From the NCBI GenBank assembly GCA_910586565.1, contig CAJUIT010000012.1, positions 7,768 through 71,767 of the forward strand: DNA of 64,000 bases, read 5' to 3'. The position numbers and the translations under genes were made by a program. The notes under the pieces were generated by a model. The model worked only from the letters and a program-made list of their open reading frames with translations, searched no databases and was not told where the DNA came from. Origin of the DNA: an uncultured Muribaculaceae bacterium (GTDB taxonomy: Bacteria; Bacteroidota; Bacteroidia; Bacteroidales; Muribaculaceae). Of this stretch, positions 9,561 to 17,924 are shown piece after piece; the stretch's first letter is position 1; every line of letters starts with the position of its first letter.

Positions 9561-11069
9561 ATGGCACTGCTCACATCCGAAAACATTCTACTTGTAGGTT
9601 CACTGATTATAATGGCCGGCATAATGCTGGGTAAATCGGCCTATCGCAGCGGACTCCCGCTTCTGCTCATCTTCCTTTTGGTGGGAATGGCTTTCGGCAC
9701 CGATGGTGTGGGGGTTCAGTTCAGCGACATGCACTCGGCCCAGTTCGTGGGAATGATTGCGCTGTGTGTGATTCTGTTCTCCGGCGGTATGGGCACGAAA
9801 TTGTCGGCTATCCGCCCTGTTATTGTGCCCGGATTGCTGTTGTCGACCGTTGGAGTGCTGCTCACCGCGTTGCTGACCGGAGGTTTCATCTGGTGGCTCT
9901 CGGGAATGAGCTGGACTAACATTCATTTCGCTTTCATCCCCTCTCTGCTGCTTGCGGCAACAATGTCGTCGACCGATTCGGCATCGGTATTCGGCATCCT
10001 CGGCAGTCAGAAAATAGGGTTGAAACACAATCTGCGCCCAATGCTTGAACTTGAAAGCGGCTCTAACGACCCGATGGCCTACATGCTCACCATCCTGCTC
10101 ATCGAAGCACTGCAAACCGACCGTTCACTGTCGGCAGGAACCGTAGCGCTACAACTGCTGCTTCAATTCGGCATCGGCGGCGCAGCGGGATTGATAATGG
10201 GAAAAGTCACATCATCGCTCGCCAAGGCCTACATGCGCATAGGAGGTACAGGGCAGCAAACCGAGGATTCAGGGCAGGCCACCGCCATGATTTCAATCCT
10301 CATCACCGCATCGGTGTTCTTCACCTTCTCCCTGGCAACCACCCTGAACGGAAACGGCTACCTCGCAGTGTATCTTTGCGGCATCATGTTGGGGAATGCA
10401 GCCGTCCCCTGCCGCCGTGGCATATCAAAATTTATGGACGGACTCACATGGCTGGCACAGATTGTGGTGTTCCTGATGCTCGGCCTACTGGTCAACCCTC
10501 ATGAAATGGTGTCAGTGGCCGCTGTGTCGCTGCTCATAGGTGTGTTTATGATTCTTGTGGGCCGACCACTCAGCGTGTTTCTATCGCTGCTTCCATTGCC
10601 ACGCATCCCGTTCAAAGCCAAAATGTTTGTGTCGTGGGTGGGGCTGCGTGGCGCCGTGCCCATCATCTTCGCCACCTACCCCGTTGTGGCACATATTGAG
10701 GGAGCATCACAAATTTTCAACATAGTGTTTTTCGTAACGCTGCTGTCGTTGCTTGTGCAGGGCACAACAGTGGTTGCCGCAGCCCGACGCCTCAAACTCA
10801 CCTCCGACCTCCCCGTCGACAGCGATGATTTCGGCGTGGAACTCGACGAAAATCTCCCCACCACCATGCACACCCTTACCCTCACGAGTCACCATCTCGA
10901 AAGCGGTAACACCCTGCGCCAGATGCAACTCCCTGCGGGTTCGCTTGTGATGATGATTAAACGCGGCGAACGCTACATCGTGCCCAACGGCACCCGCAAA
11001 CTCCATCCCGGCGACACCCTGCTTATCATTCAGGAAAACGACGGCGATAATATCCCTGCGAAAAGCTGA
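9561..11069 (+). CDS. K+/H+ antiporter, CPA1 family (NhaP2/CvrA-like) with C-terminal TrkA-C domain
   Basis: 502 aa. About 12 predicted TM segments, then a soluble C-terminal RCK-C-like domain (LRQMQLPAGSLVMMIKRGERYIVPNGTRKLHPGDTLLII). Confidence 0.85.
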   Translation: MALLTSENILLVGSLIIMAGIMLGKSAYRSGLPLLLIFLLVGMAFGTDGVGVQFSDMHSAQFVGMIALCVILFSGGMGTKLSAIRPVIVPGLLLSTVGVLLTALLTGGFIWWLSGMSWTNIHFAFIPSLLLAATMSSTDSASVFGILGSQKIGLKHNLRPMLELESGSNDPMAYMLTILLIEALQTDRSLSAGTVALQLLLQFGIGGAAGLIMGKVTSSLAKAYMRIGGTGQQTEDSGQATAMISILITASVFFTFSLATTLNGNGYLAVYLCGIMLGNAAVPCRRGISKFMDGLTWLAQIVVFLMLGLLVNPHEMVSVAAVSLLIGVFMILVGRPLSVFLSLLPLPRIPFKAKMFVSWVGLRGAVPIIFATYPVVAHIEGASQIFNIVFFVTLLSLLVQGTTVVAAARRLKLTSDLPVDSDDFGVELDENLPTTMHTLTLTSHHLESGNTLRQMQLPAGSLVMMIKRGERYIVPNGTRKLHPGDTLLIIQENDGDNIPAKS

Positions 11070-11179
11070 CCGCCTCTATCCCGCTCTTTCCCCACCCACA
11101 GCCAACACTTTTGCCAACACTTTTCACGTCAACCCTCACATTTTCGGCAAAACCGCTTGCATATTAAAAAAAAAATGCC

Positions 11180-11187
11180 TACCTTTG
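11180..11187 (+). promoter_or_regulatory. -7 promoter box TACCTTTG for tRNA-Cys
   Basis: TAnnTTTG match 16 nt upstream of the mature tRNA 5-prime end. Confidence 0.5.
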
Positions 11188-11203
11188 CAATCGCAAAACC
11201 AAT

Positions 11204-11274
11204 GGTACCATGGCCGAGTGGTTAGGTAACGGTCTGCAAAACCGTCTACAGCAGTTCGATTCTGCTTGGTACCT
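11204..11274 (+). tRNA. tRNA-Cys (GCA)
   Basis: Folded by hand. Acceptor GGTACCA/TGGTACC, anticodon stem ACGGT/ACCGT with loop CTGCAAA, T-arm AGCAG-TTCGATT-CTGCT. 71 nt, CCA not encoded. Confidence 0.9.
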
Positions 11275-11339
11275 CCCCCTGAATCCCGCCCCCGGCGGGA
11301 TTCGTTGTTTAAGAAGGCCGCAGGCAAACACACATTGCT

Positions 11340-12161
11340 ATGAATACCGAGAAACAAAGAAACGCTGAAGCGATTGAAATTGAGGGCACTAAACCCGATG
11401 AGGGGATTGTGTGCCTGAATTGCGGGGCCGTGTGTCATTCAAAATTCTGCCCCGAATGCGGCCAGCCTACATCCACCCCACCCCGCATCACCCACACATC
11501 TCTCGCCATGACGGTTGCCATGAGCTATGCGCGACTCACGCCCGGCTTCTGGCCTACACTGATTGGATTGCTAAGAGCGCCGTGGAAAGTGATTGCCGAT
11601 TATGTGAACGGAAAACGCATCACTTATTCGCCTCCGGTGACGATGCTGATTCAGACGGTTCTCTACGTAACATTGATTCTAACGGTAATCAAAGAAATCA
11701 CCGGGGTTGATTTCAGTTTCATCGCCGATGATTCAACCGACGAGACCATCTATGCCAACTGGATTGAAAGGGCATTGGCCGAATCGGATGTGTTCGTGTG
11801 CCTCGTAACGGTCACCCCCATTGCCCTGGCCGGCTTTCTGACTTACCGCAAACGCAGCCGTCTACGTTACAATTTTGCCGAATTCATGGTGGGAGCCATC
11901 TATATGGCCAACCTTTTCATTATTGTGGACATTCTGTGCATACCGATAGAAAAACTCATCAGCGACACAGTTTCCGATTTGGTTCTCTATGCCGTGATGA
12001 GTTTCTATTCTTTACGCACCATTTCCAAGGCTTTCCCCATCAAATCGAGGTGGGTGCGCATGCGGTGCCTGTTTCAGATGACGCTGCTCACCATTATCGG
12101 CTTCGCCATTCTGTGCGGACTGCTTGTAATGCTTTTCTGGCACCAACAGGTAAATGTGTGA
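11340..12161 (+). CDS. DUF3667-like membrane protein with N-terminal zinc ribbon
   Basis: 273 aa. CLNCG...CPECG zinc-ribbon followed by several TM helices. Confidence 0.7.
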   Translation: MNTEKQRNAEAIEIEGTKPDEGIVCLNCGAVCHSKFCPECGQPTSTPPRITHTSLAMTVAMSYARLTPGFWPTLIGLLRAPWKVIADYVNGKRITYSPPVTMLIQTVLYVTLILTVIKEITGVDFSFIADDSTDETIYANWIERALAESDVFVCLVTVTPIALAGFLTYRKRSRLRYNFAEFMVGAIYMANLFIIVDILCIPIEKLISDTVSDLVLYAVMSFYSLRTISKAFPIKSRWVRMRCLFQMTLLTIIGFAILCGLLVMLFWHQQVNV

Positions 12162-12174
12162 GCGGGTGACGGTT

Positions 12175-13884
12175 CTATAATTTTCTTCGCGCTATCACTG
12201 CCACATTGTTTTTATATTCTGGAAATTCCACAGCTCCGTTGCTCACAGTTGCCGATTGCCCGCTGTAAAGCTCCGTCACAACTTCTCCATCGTTAAACCC
12301 GCTCCCTGCAACTGCTATTGAACCGGTAAGCTGCGGCACAAGACGTATAAGCAACGTGTCGGAGTCGTTGTAGCACAGACTTGTGTGAGTGTCAAGAGTT
12401 TTGCGTCGACCGGTTCCAATCACCGGATGCTGTTGGCGAATCTGCCCAAGGCGACTGAAATGATGCAACAGCTCCTTATTCATATTGCCCCAGTTCATAT
12501 CCGAACGGAAAGCCTGGTTGCTGTCGACATTAAACCGGGCATCGCTAAGTTCGCGCCCTGTCTCATCGCCGTAAAACACCTGCGACACCCCCGGCGCGAG
12601 AAGCAATGTTGTGGCACAATCAATCATGTTATCCATGTTGGCATCGCGGTGATAGGAATTGTTCAGGTAGTTGAAGGGGAACCATCCGGGGTAAGCAGCA
12701 ACCGAATCGGCATAGGCCTGCCATGTGTAGACAATGCCGTCGAGGTCGCCTGTTTTCGGAAAATTGCAGTTCACCATATTTGAAAAGCCTGCTGCGGCAT
12801 AACCGGGTTTATATTCAATTCCGGCCGGTTCGCAGTCACCGGTCATGAAAAAGCGGTCAGTCCAGCCGGCTCCCGGTTTGTCGGGATTGTTCTTGCGCCA
12901 TCGGTCGAGCGCATCGTTGCATGCTTGGTTGAGCTCTTTCCATCGGTTAAGACGCACATTCTCCACAATGTCGCAGCGGAACCCGTCAATTCCAAATTCC
13001 TCAACCCACGATGCAATCCATGCAATGACATATTGCATTGGGCTCCAGGCCCTGTTTTCACGCAATTTGCGAGCCGAGGGATTCACCCACGCATCGTTTG
13101 CAGTTCCCTCCATGTGCCATTTCCGGTGCAGGAATTCGGGGATAGCTACCGGCGCATCGCTTTCATCCTTGAAATCGGGCATGCCATAAAGTGTGGCTTC
13201 GAGGGGATTCGACTCATCCCAACCTTCGTCGGGCATCCTTATCCACTCGCGTCCCCACCAACCGTTCCATCCGGCACGCCCTGCATAGAAATCGTCGAAA
13301 CTCCATTCACGGATATGATTTGAGGCCTCATCGGCTGTCAACCCCGTGTTGGCAAAGCCATATTGCACCGCATCGAGAAGCGTGGGGTAACCGGGGTCGT
13401 TGAGATTGGCTCCGAGCATAACCCTTATACCCTGCGCATGGAGAGTGTCGACCAATTCACGGAATTCCTCAACCGTGCCATAATTCTTATCAATCTGCGT
13501 ATAGTCGAGCGGATAATAACCGTGGTAGCCGTAGTGAGGAAAATCGTTGATGCTTCCGCTGCCGCTCATCCATCCGTGAATCTGTTCGTAAACGTCGGTC
13601 ATCCACACAACGTCCACACCCAGATTTGTGAAATATCCCTCGCGTGCTTTTTCAAGCATCCCCTTGAAATCGCCACCGTGGAAAGTTGCGGCATTGAGTT
13701 GCTCGCTCCCGTAATCGACTTTGCGGCCGTAGTTTATATCGTTGGATGTGTCGCCGTTGCTGAAGCGGTCGGTAATAACAAAATAGACATTTGCATTCCC
13801 CCATTGGAATGTGTCGGTGCCTGCGGCGCCGGCTCCAAGAGCCGCTAATGCCAGGGCTGAGGTAAATAAAAGGTGTTTCATCAT
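12175..13884 (-). CDS. Alpha-amylase, glycoside hydrolase family 13, secreted
   Basis: ORF trimmed to MMKHLLFTSALALAALGAGAAG signal. GH13 region motifs (DVVWMTDV..., GIDGFRCDIVENV, FYGDETG). Confidence 0.85.
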   Translation of the reverse strand: MMKHLLFTSALALAALGAGAAGTDTFQWGNANVYFVITDRFSNGDTSNDINYGRKVDYGSEQLNAATFHGGDFKGMLEKAREGYFTNLGVDVVWMTDVYEQIHGWMSGSGSINDFPHYGYHGYYPLDYTQIDKNYGTVEEFRELVDTLHAQGIRVMLGANLNDPGYPTLLDAVQYGFANTGLTADEASNHIREWSFDDFYAGRAGWNGWWGREWIRMPDEGWDESNPLEATLYGMPDFKDESDAPVAIPEFLHRKWHMEGTANDAWVNPSARKLRENRAWSPMQYVIAWIASWVEEFGIDGFRCDIVENVRLNRWKELNQACNDALDRWRKNNPDKPGAGWTDRFFMTGDCEPAGIEYKPGYAAAGFSNMVNCNFPKTGDLDGIVYTWQAYADSVAAYPGWFPFNYLNNSYHRDANMDNMIDCATTLLLAPGVSQVFYGDETGRELSDARFNVDSNQAFRSDMNWGNMNKELLHHFSRLGQIRQQHPVIGTGRRKTLDTHTSLCYNDSDTLLIRLVPQLTGSIAVAGSGFNDGEVVTELYSGQSATVSNGAVEFPEYKNNVAVIARRKL

Positions 13885-13954
13885 GCTGATTTTTTGCGGC
13901 AAATTTAGCCACAATACACCCTCGCCGCAATGCTGATTTATAACCATGCCACCC

Positions 13955-14731
13955 TCACAGCAGCTTCATCGCCCGGGCCGCCACCACCGCCTCAACCGAG
14001 TTGCCAACACTGAGTTTCTCCAGTATGTTCTGGCGGTGCCTGTTCACTGTGTTGATGCTTATTTCGAGCTTCGATGCAATCTGCTTGCTTGCCATTCCGA
14101 GTTGAATCAACTGCAATATCTCCTTCTCCCTGTCAGTGAGGATTGCTGCACGTTTAGCCGACAAGCGATATTCAATCACCTCCCCCGTGGCCATATTGAC
14201 GATGCGCGGCATTATGTCGACGCCGGGGGCGTTGTCCGACGCCACGCTGTAGCAACAGAGAATGAGCCACATTCGTCCGCCCGGCGACAAGCGCGCAATC
14301 CGAGTTGAATTTTCCACATATATGTAGTTGCCCTCGCGGTTTTTAATGCGGAATCGGCATGTGGCCTTGTAGTTGAGCTTCATCCCCGGTGGAACACCAT
14401 CCACAAATTTGAAAAACTCATATTCCAACATGCGTTTCTCCACCAAATCCTCTGGATGAATGCGCACATAAATCAAATCCTCGTCGCTCGAATCAAACCT
14501 CCCCACAAGCGTTCCATTACCGTTGCCGATGCCGAGCAGAGAGGCGAAACCGCCGTCATAAATCCAGCAAGTGTCGGTTGCGGCATCGGTTATCACCCGG
14601 CAGTCGTTCTCCACAGCCACGCACAGCTCGGCCTGACGTCGGCATTCCTCCGTTTCACGCTGCGAAAGCTCCTCGCAATGCAGCTTCTGCTTTCTGTAGA
14701 GTTCATTTATTTCTTTTCGCAGAACGTCCAT
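13955..14731 (-). CDS. LuxR-family transcriptional regulator with N-terminal PAS-like sensor domain
   Basis: 258 aa. C-terminal HTH LTDREKEILQLIQLGMASKQIASKLEISINTVNRHRQNILEKL. Confidence 0.8.
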   Translation of the reverse strand: MDVLRKEINELYRKQKLHCEELSQRETEECRRQAELCVAVENDCRVITDAATDTCWIYDGGFASLLGIGNGNGTLVGRFDSSDEDLIYVRIHPEDLVEKRMLEYEFFKFVDGVPPGMKLNYKATCRFRIKNREGNYIYVENSTRIARLSPGGRMWLILCCYSVASDNAPGVDIMPRIVNMATGEVIEYRLSAKRAAILTDREKEILQLIQLGMASKQIASKLEISINTVNRHRQNILEKLSVGNSVEAVVAARAMKLL

Positions 14732-14778
14732 TTCTAACTTCTATTTGTTTACTAATCATTTACCGCTCCGCACGGGTT

Positions 14779-15543
14779 TTAAACAATGAGTTTGAGCTGA
14801 CGGGCTATGCGGCATGCTTCGGTTGAGTTTCTCACCTGCAATTTGCCTAAAATCTCCTGACGGTGTCGGCTGACGGTGTGCTTGCTGATGCATAGCTCAT
14901 CGGCAATGCGGGTGCTGGTGAATCCCTTGTCGATTAATGCGAGCACCTGCTGTTCACGTTTCGACAAAATCCCTGCGTCGTTCTCCCCCGTAAGAGCCTC
15001 CATTTGGCCGGTAACTGCATTTACCACCACACTTTTTGCCGGAAGCGGATAGAGTGCCGGCCCATACAGACAGATGCCGTAGAGCACCGTCTCCATCGAC
15101 TCGTCATACCAGTAATACATTCGGTGGAGCACATCAACGTCGCTTCCCCCGGGGGAGTTGCAACGCAATTGAGTCAACAGATAATGTTGGCTGCGGCGTT
15201 GGCGGGGAAGCCGCCGCAAATGATTGAAGAACCTCAGTTCCGCGATGAATTTCGCCTCGCGTTCGGCTTCGGACATGCGGTTGAGAATATCCGACTCCCA
15301 TATCGATTCTTCATGCGAATAACCTGTCAAGCCAAGCACATCGGCAAAACCGCCGCAATAGATTGTGCTGAAATCGGATTGCAAATCGCTGACCACGGCG
15401 ACGCAATGCTCCATCGCGGCCATACTTTCGGCATATTTATACACGGTGTCGCACCTTCCGAGATTTTGAGGAAACTCCTGAGTGCGCAAAAGTGAGTGCA
15501 GGTCTTTTCGGTTGGTCATGCAAAATTGGTTATTTATAATCAT
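14779..15543 (-). CDS. LuxR-family transcriptional regulator, paralog of the preceding gene
   Basis: 254 aa. C-terminal HTH LSKREQQVLALIDKGFTSTRIADELCISKHTVSRHRQEILGKL. N-terminal domain alignable to its neighbour (GGFA..LG motif). Start could be the ATG at 15519. Confidence 0.8.
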   Translation of the reverse strand: MIINNQFCMTNRKDLHSLLRTQEFPQNLGRCDTVYKYAESMAAMEHCVAVVSDLQSDFSTIYCGGFADVLGLTGYSHEESIWESDILNRMSEAEREAKFIAELRFFNHLRRLPRQRRSQHYLLTQLRCNSPGGSDVDVLHRMYYWYDESMETVLYGICLYGPALYPLPAKSVVVNAVTGQMEALTGENDAGILSKREQQVLALIDKGFTSTRIADELCISKHTVSRHRQEILGKLQVRNSTEACRIARQLKLIV

Positions 15544-15565
15544 TGCCCCTGCCGAGGCAAGCAGT

Positions 15566-15573
15566 TACCTTTG
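15566..15573 (+). promoter_or_regulatory. -7 promoter box TACCTTTG
   Basis: TAnnTTTG match 18 nt upstream of the ATG at 15592. Confidence 0.45.
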
Positions 15574-15591
15574 CAAATATAACAAAAACCT

Positions 15592-16248
15592 ATGAAAGCT
15601 TTAACCATTGCACTCACACTCTCGGCCTCGGCCGCATTTAACACTGCCGCTCAGACTCTTGATAAAATGAATTGGTTCAACGAGCCTGAGCAATGGGCTG
15701 TAACCGACAATGCCCTAACGATGTTTGTAACGCCCCACAGCGACTACTGGCGCATATCACACTACGGGTTCACCGTTGACGACGCGCCGTTCTATTACGC
15801 TGAATACGGCGGAGAATTTGAAGCCAAACTGAAAGTTTCGGGCGACTACAAAACTCGCTTCGACCAAGCCGGAATGATGATTAGAATCGACCACGAAAAC
15901 TACATAAAAACCGGCATAGAGTTCGTTGACGGTAAATACAACCTCAGCACGGTTGTTACCCACACCACATCCGACTGGAGTGTCATTGCCCTTGACAAGC
16001 CCGTTGACCACCTGTGGATTAAGGCAGTGCGTCGGCTCGATGCGATTGAGATTTTCTACTCATTCGATGACAAGGAGTACATTCTCATGCGCAACGCCTG
16101 GATGGAGGCCAACCGCCCCGTGAAAATCGGCATGATGGCGGCGTGCCCCGACGGAGAAGGGTTCAACGTCAGCTTCTCAAACTTCTCGGTTAAACATCTG
16201 CCCGACAAGGTGCGCTCCGAATGGCTTAAAAACAACGCCGCAGAATAA
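15592..16248 (+). CDS. DUF1349 (concanavalin-like, Ree1-type) protein with signal peptide
   Basis: 218 aa. WFNEP..W....L.....DYWR and FDQAGMMIR motifs characteristic of DUF1349. Confidence 0.7.
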   Translation: MKALTIALTLSASAAFNTAAQTLDKMNWFNEPEQWAVTDNALTMFVTPHSDYWRISHYGFTVDDAPFYYAEYGGEFEAKLKVSGDYKTRFDQAGMMIRIDHENYIKTGIEFVDGKYNLSTVVTHTTSDWSVIALDKPVDHLWIKAVRRLDAIEIFYSFDDKEYILMRNAWMEANRPVKIGMMAACPDGEGFNVSFSNFSVKHLPDKVRSEWLKNNAAE

Positions 16249-16267
16249 GAGGTTACACAACTTTACG

Positions 16268-16275
16268 TAACTTTG
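16268..16275 (+). promoter_or_regulatory. -7 promoter box TAACTTTG
   Basis: TAnnTTTG match ending 7 nt before the ATG at 16283, suggesting a leaderless or near-leaderless mRNA. Confidence 0.4.
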
Positions 16276-16282
16276 CAAGACC

Positions 16283-16837
16283 ATGACTGAATTAGAAAAA
16301 ATGCGGGCAGGCATGCTCGCCAATATGGATGACCCCGAAATTCAACAGAGTTTCATCCACGCCAAACATATGGTGGCGCGATTACGCACCATGTGCACCT
16401 ACGACACCGACTTCCGCGCGGTGCTTGAGGAGCTTGTGCCCGGCATACCTGCAACGTCAATCATCTGCCCGCCGTTTCACTGCGACCACGGCCACGGCAT
16501 AAAGCTCGGGCAACATGTGTTTATCAACGCCAACTGCACATTTCTCGACGGAGCCGAAATTACCATCGGCGATCATACCCTCATCGGTCCCGACGTGAAA
16601 ATCTACACACCCCACCATCCGCTCGACTATGTTGCACGGCGCGAGAACCGGGAATATGCCTACCCCGTAGCCATCGGCTGCGACTGCTGGATTGGCGGTG
16701 GCACCATCATCTGCCCAGGCGTAACCATCGGCGACCGCTGCGTAATTGGAGCCGGGAGCGTAGTAACCAAAAACATCCCCTCCGACACCATCGTTGCCGG
16801 TAATCCCGCACGCCCCATCCGCACCTCCAAACCTTGA
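16283..16837 (+). CDS. maa: Maltose/galactoside O-acetyltransferase (hexapeptide-repeat sugar O-acetyltransferase)
   Basis: 184 aa. N-terminal Mac domain followed by left-handed beta-helix hexapeptide repeats (IGDHTLIGPDVKI, IGGGTIICPGVTIGDRCVIGAGSVV). Confidence 0.85.
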   Translation: MTELEKMRAGMLANMDDPEIQQSFIHAKHMVARLRTMCTYDTDFRAVLEELVPGIPATSIICPPFHCDHGHGIKLGQHVFINANCTFLDGAEITIGDHTLIGPDVKIYTPHHPLDYVARRENREYAYPVAIGCDCWIGGGTIICPGVTIGDRCVIGAGSVVTKNIPSDTIVAGNPARPIRTSKP

Positions 16838-16875
16838 GTAGGGGCAGACTTTGGTGAATCTTAATTAAAATGATA

Positions 16876-16927
16876 GAGTCGTTAAGGTCATTAGGGTCGT
16901 TAGGGTCCTTAAGGTCTTTAACGACTC
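16876..16927 (+). terminator. Hairpin with 10-bp stem (GAGTCGTTAA / TTAACGACTC) enclosing four tandem 9-mers (nTTA[A/G]GGTC); probable maa terminator
   Basis: Read directly. 9-mers GTTAAGGTC ATTAGGGTC GTTAGGGTC CTTAAGGTC at 16881-16916. The same structure is repeated at 19818-19869. Confidence 0.45.
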
Positions 16928-16999
16928 AATTTGTCTCTCGGGGGCTTGATTGATGAAACGGAGAGTGGAGGGTGGGAGAGTGATTTTATGGAAAGAATG

Positions 17000-17761
17000 T
17001 CAAAGGGCTCTGGCCGGGCGATTGCACAGGGGGAGGGTTCGGAAGAACCGGGAGCCTGTGATTGGGCGGAGTCCGGCACACCGCATGCTTCGGACGAGGG
17101 CGAGGGGTGGGCCCTCACGGGTGGATTCTAATAATGGCGGGGGATTGGGTGAAGTGTGGGTGATGAAGGGGATGATGAGGTAGGTGGTTGCATTGCGGAG
17201 GATGACACGCGGGGAGGGATTGGGTGTGATGCGCTGCAGCTGCAGAGGGAATTTGCGGCCTTTGGAAGTGTCTTGATAGTGGAGGATGATAAGGCCGCTG
17301 CCGACGTAGGGGAAGATGGCCCTGCAGATGTCAAGGAAATTGAGATGGTTTCTACGGAAGGGACTGTAACGGCGGAAGTTCTGCATGTTGAGCAGCAGAG
17401 CAAACTCGGGGTTGCAGCCGCGCAGCCGGGAGGGGTTGCGGGGTGAGATGTTCCACAGCGCCTTGTGGCCGGGGAGGTGGGTGCGGGTGCTACCGGTTGC
17501 ACCCTCGCAGATGATGGCGAGGGTGTGTGGAAGGGAGAGTGAGAGGCGGTAGTGGAGATAGCTGCGAAGGATTGGGGTGGAGTCGATGCCCGGAGGGTCG
17601 ATGATGAGGAGGGGTGAGGATGTGGATGCGCGCTCAAGGCGTGATATGACGATGCGCTCGGGCCGTGTGAGTGGACGGCCGAGGAAGCGTGCGAAGCCAC
17701 GAGAGACGGGCATCGGAGGTCGCAACGACAGTGAGCGGGATGAGGTGATGAGCTTGCGCAT
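17000..17761 (-). CDS. Conserved protein of unknown family (ORF253, copy A)
   Basis: ORF-track ORF 17000-17833 trimmed to the conserved MRKLIT start. About 85% aa identity to 62146-62910. Nucleotide differences between copies are almost all third-position in this frame (10 of 11 synonymous in one 30-codon stretch). Confidence 0.8.
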   Translation of the reverse strand: MRKLITSSRSLSLRPPMPVSRGFARFLGRPLTRPERIVISRLERASTSSPLLIIDPPGIDSTPILRSYLHYRLSLSLPHTLAIICEGATGSTRTHLPGHKALWNISPRNPSRLRGCNPEFALLLNMQNFRRYSPFRRNHLNFLDICRAIFPYVGSGLIILHYQDTSKGRKFPLQLQRITPNPSPRVILRNATTYLIIPFITHTSPNPPPLLESTREGPPLALVRSMRCAGLRPITGSRFFRTLPLCNRPARAL

Positions 17762-17768
17762 CAAGGCG

Positions 17769-17776
17769 CAAAGATA
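17769..17776 (-). promoter_or_regulatory. -7 promoter box TATCTTTG for ORF253 copy A
   Basis: Reverse complement of CAAAGATA. Ends 7 nt before the ATG at 17761. Conserved at 62918-62925 in copy C. Confidence 0.5.
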
Positions 17777-17924
17777 AAAGGGCGCCCCGCGAAGAGTGGG
17801 CTTAAAAGGCGCGAAATTTTGAGGGGAGGACAAAAGTTTTCAACTTTTCACGGCTCCAAAAAGAGTTCAAACCACCGTTATATCGGATTCTTGGCTTTTT
17901 TCATATGTCAATTTAATCACAAGC

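Larger units (their letters stand above)
16968..17863 (-). repeat. Copy A of the ~0.9-kb repeated unit (shell plus ORF253 cassette)
   Basis: Collinear nucleotide similarity to 62119-63013 over the whole length. Confidence 0.8.

Noticed and set aside
11136-11438. A 100-aa minus-strand ORF.
   Set aside because: It overlaps the tRNA-Cys gene and its promoter, as well as the start of the DUF3667 gene. No support.
16881-16916. Tandem 9-mers, and the 23-nt direct repeats at 63047/63136, examined as a possible CRISPR array.
   Set aside because: The 9-mers are contiguous with no spacers. The 23-mers occur only twice, with a structured spacer. There are no cas genes in the window.
16988-17131. A 47-aa plus-strand ORF (MERMSKGSGRA[I/V]AQGEGSEEPGAC...TGGF*) conserved in both ORF253 units (also 62131-62277).
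   Set aside because: Conservation is explained by nucleotide conservation of the antisense ORF253 tail. Of 11 differences in this stretch, 3 are synonymous in the plus frame and 4 in the minus frame, so there is no independent coding signal. Its ATG lies in the shell, outside the cassette.
17128-17700. Alternative-frame ORFs within the repeated unit: 17128-17700 and 62439-62831 on the minus strand, and 17156-17446 and 62422-62853 on the plus strand.
   Set aside because: The substitution pattern between copies A and C is synonymous-biased only in the ORF253 frame. These are by-products of G-rich sequence.
17000-17761. Reading ORF253 as a uracil-DNA-glycosylase-superfamily protein (IIDPPG compared with GxNPG, NISPRNP compared with HPSPRNP of SMUG).
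   Set aside because: The two motif look-alikes are only ~55 residues apart and sit in the N-terminal half. In UDG folds they are ~120-150 residues apart, with the second near the C-terminus. This is probably a coincidence.
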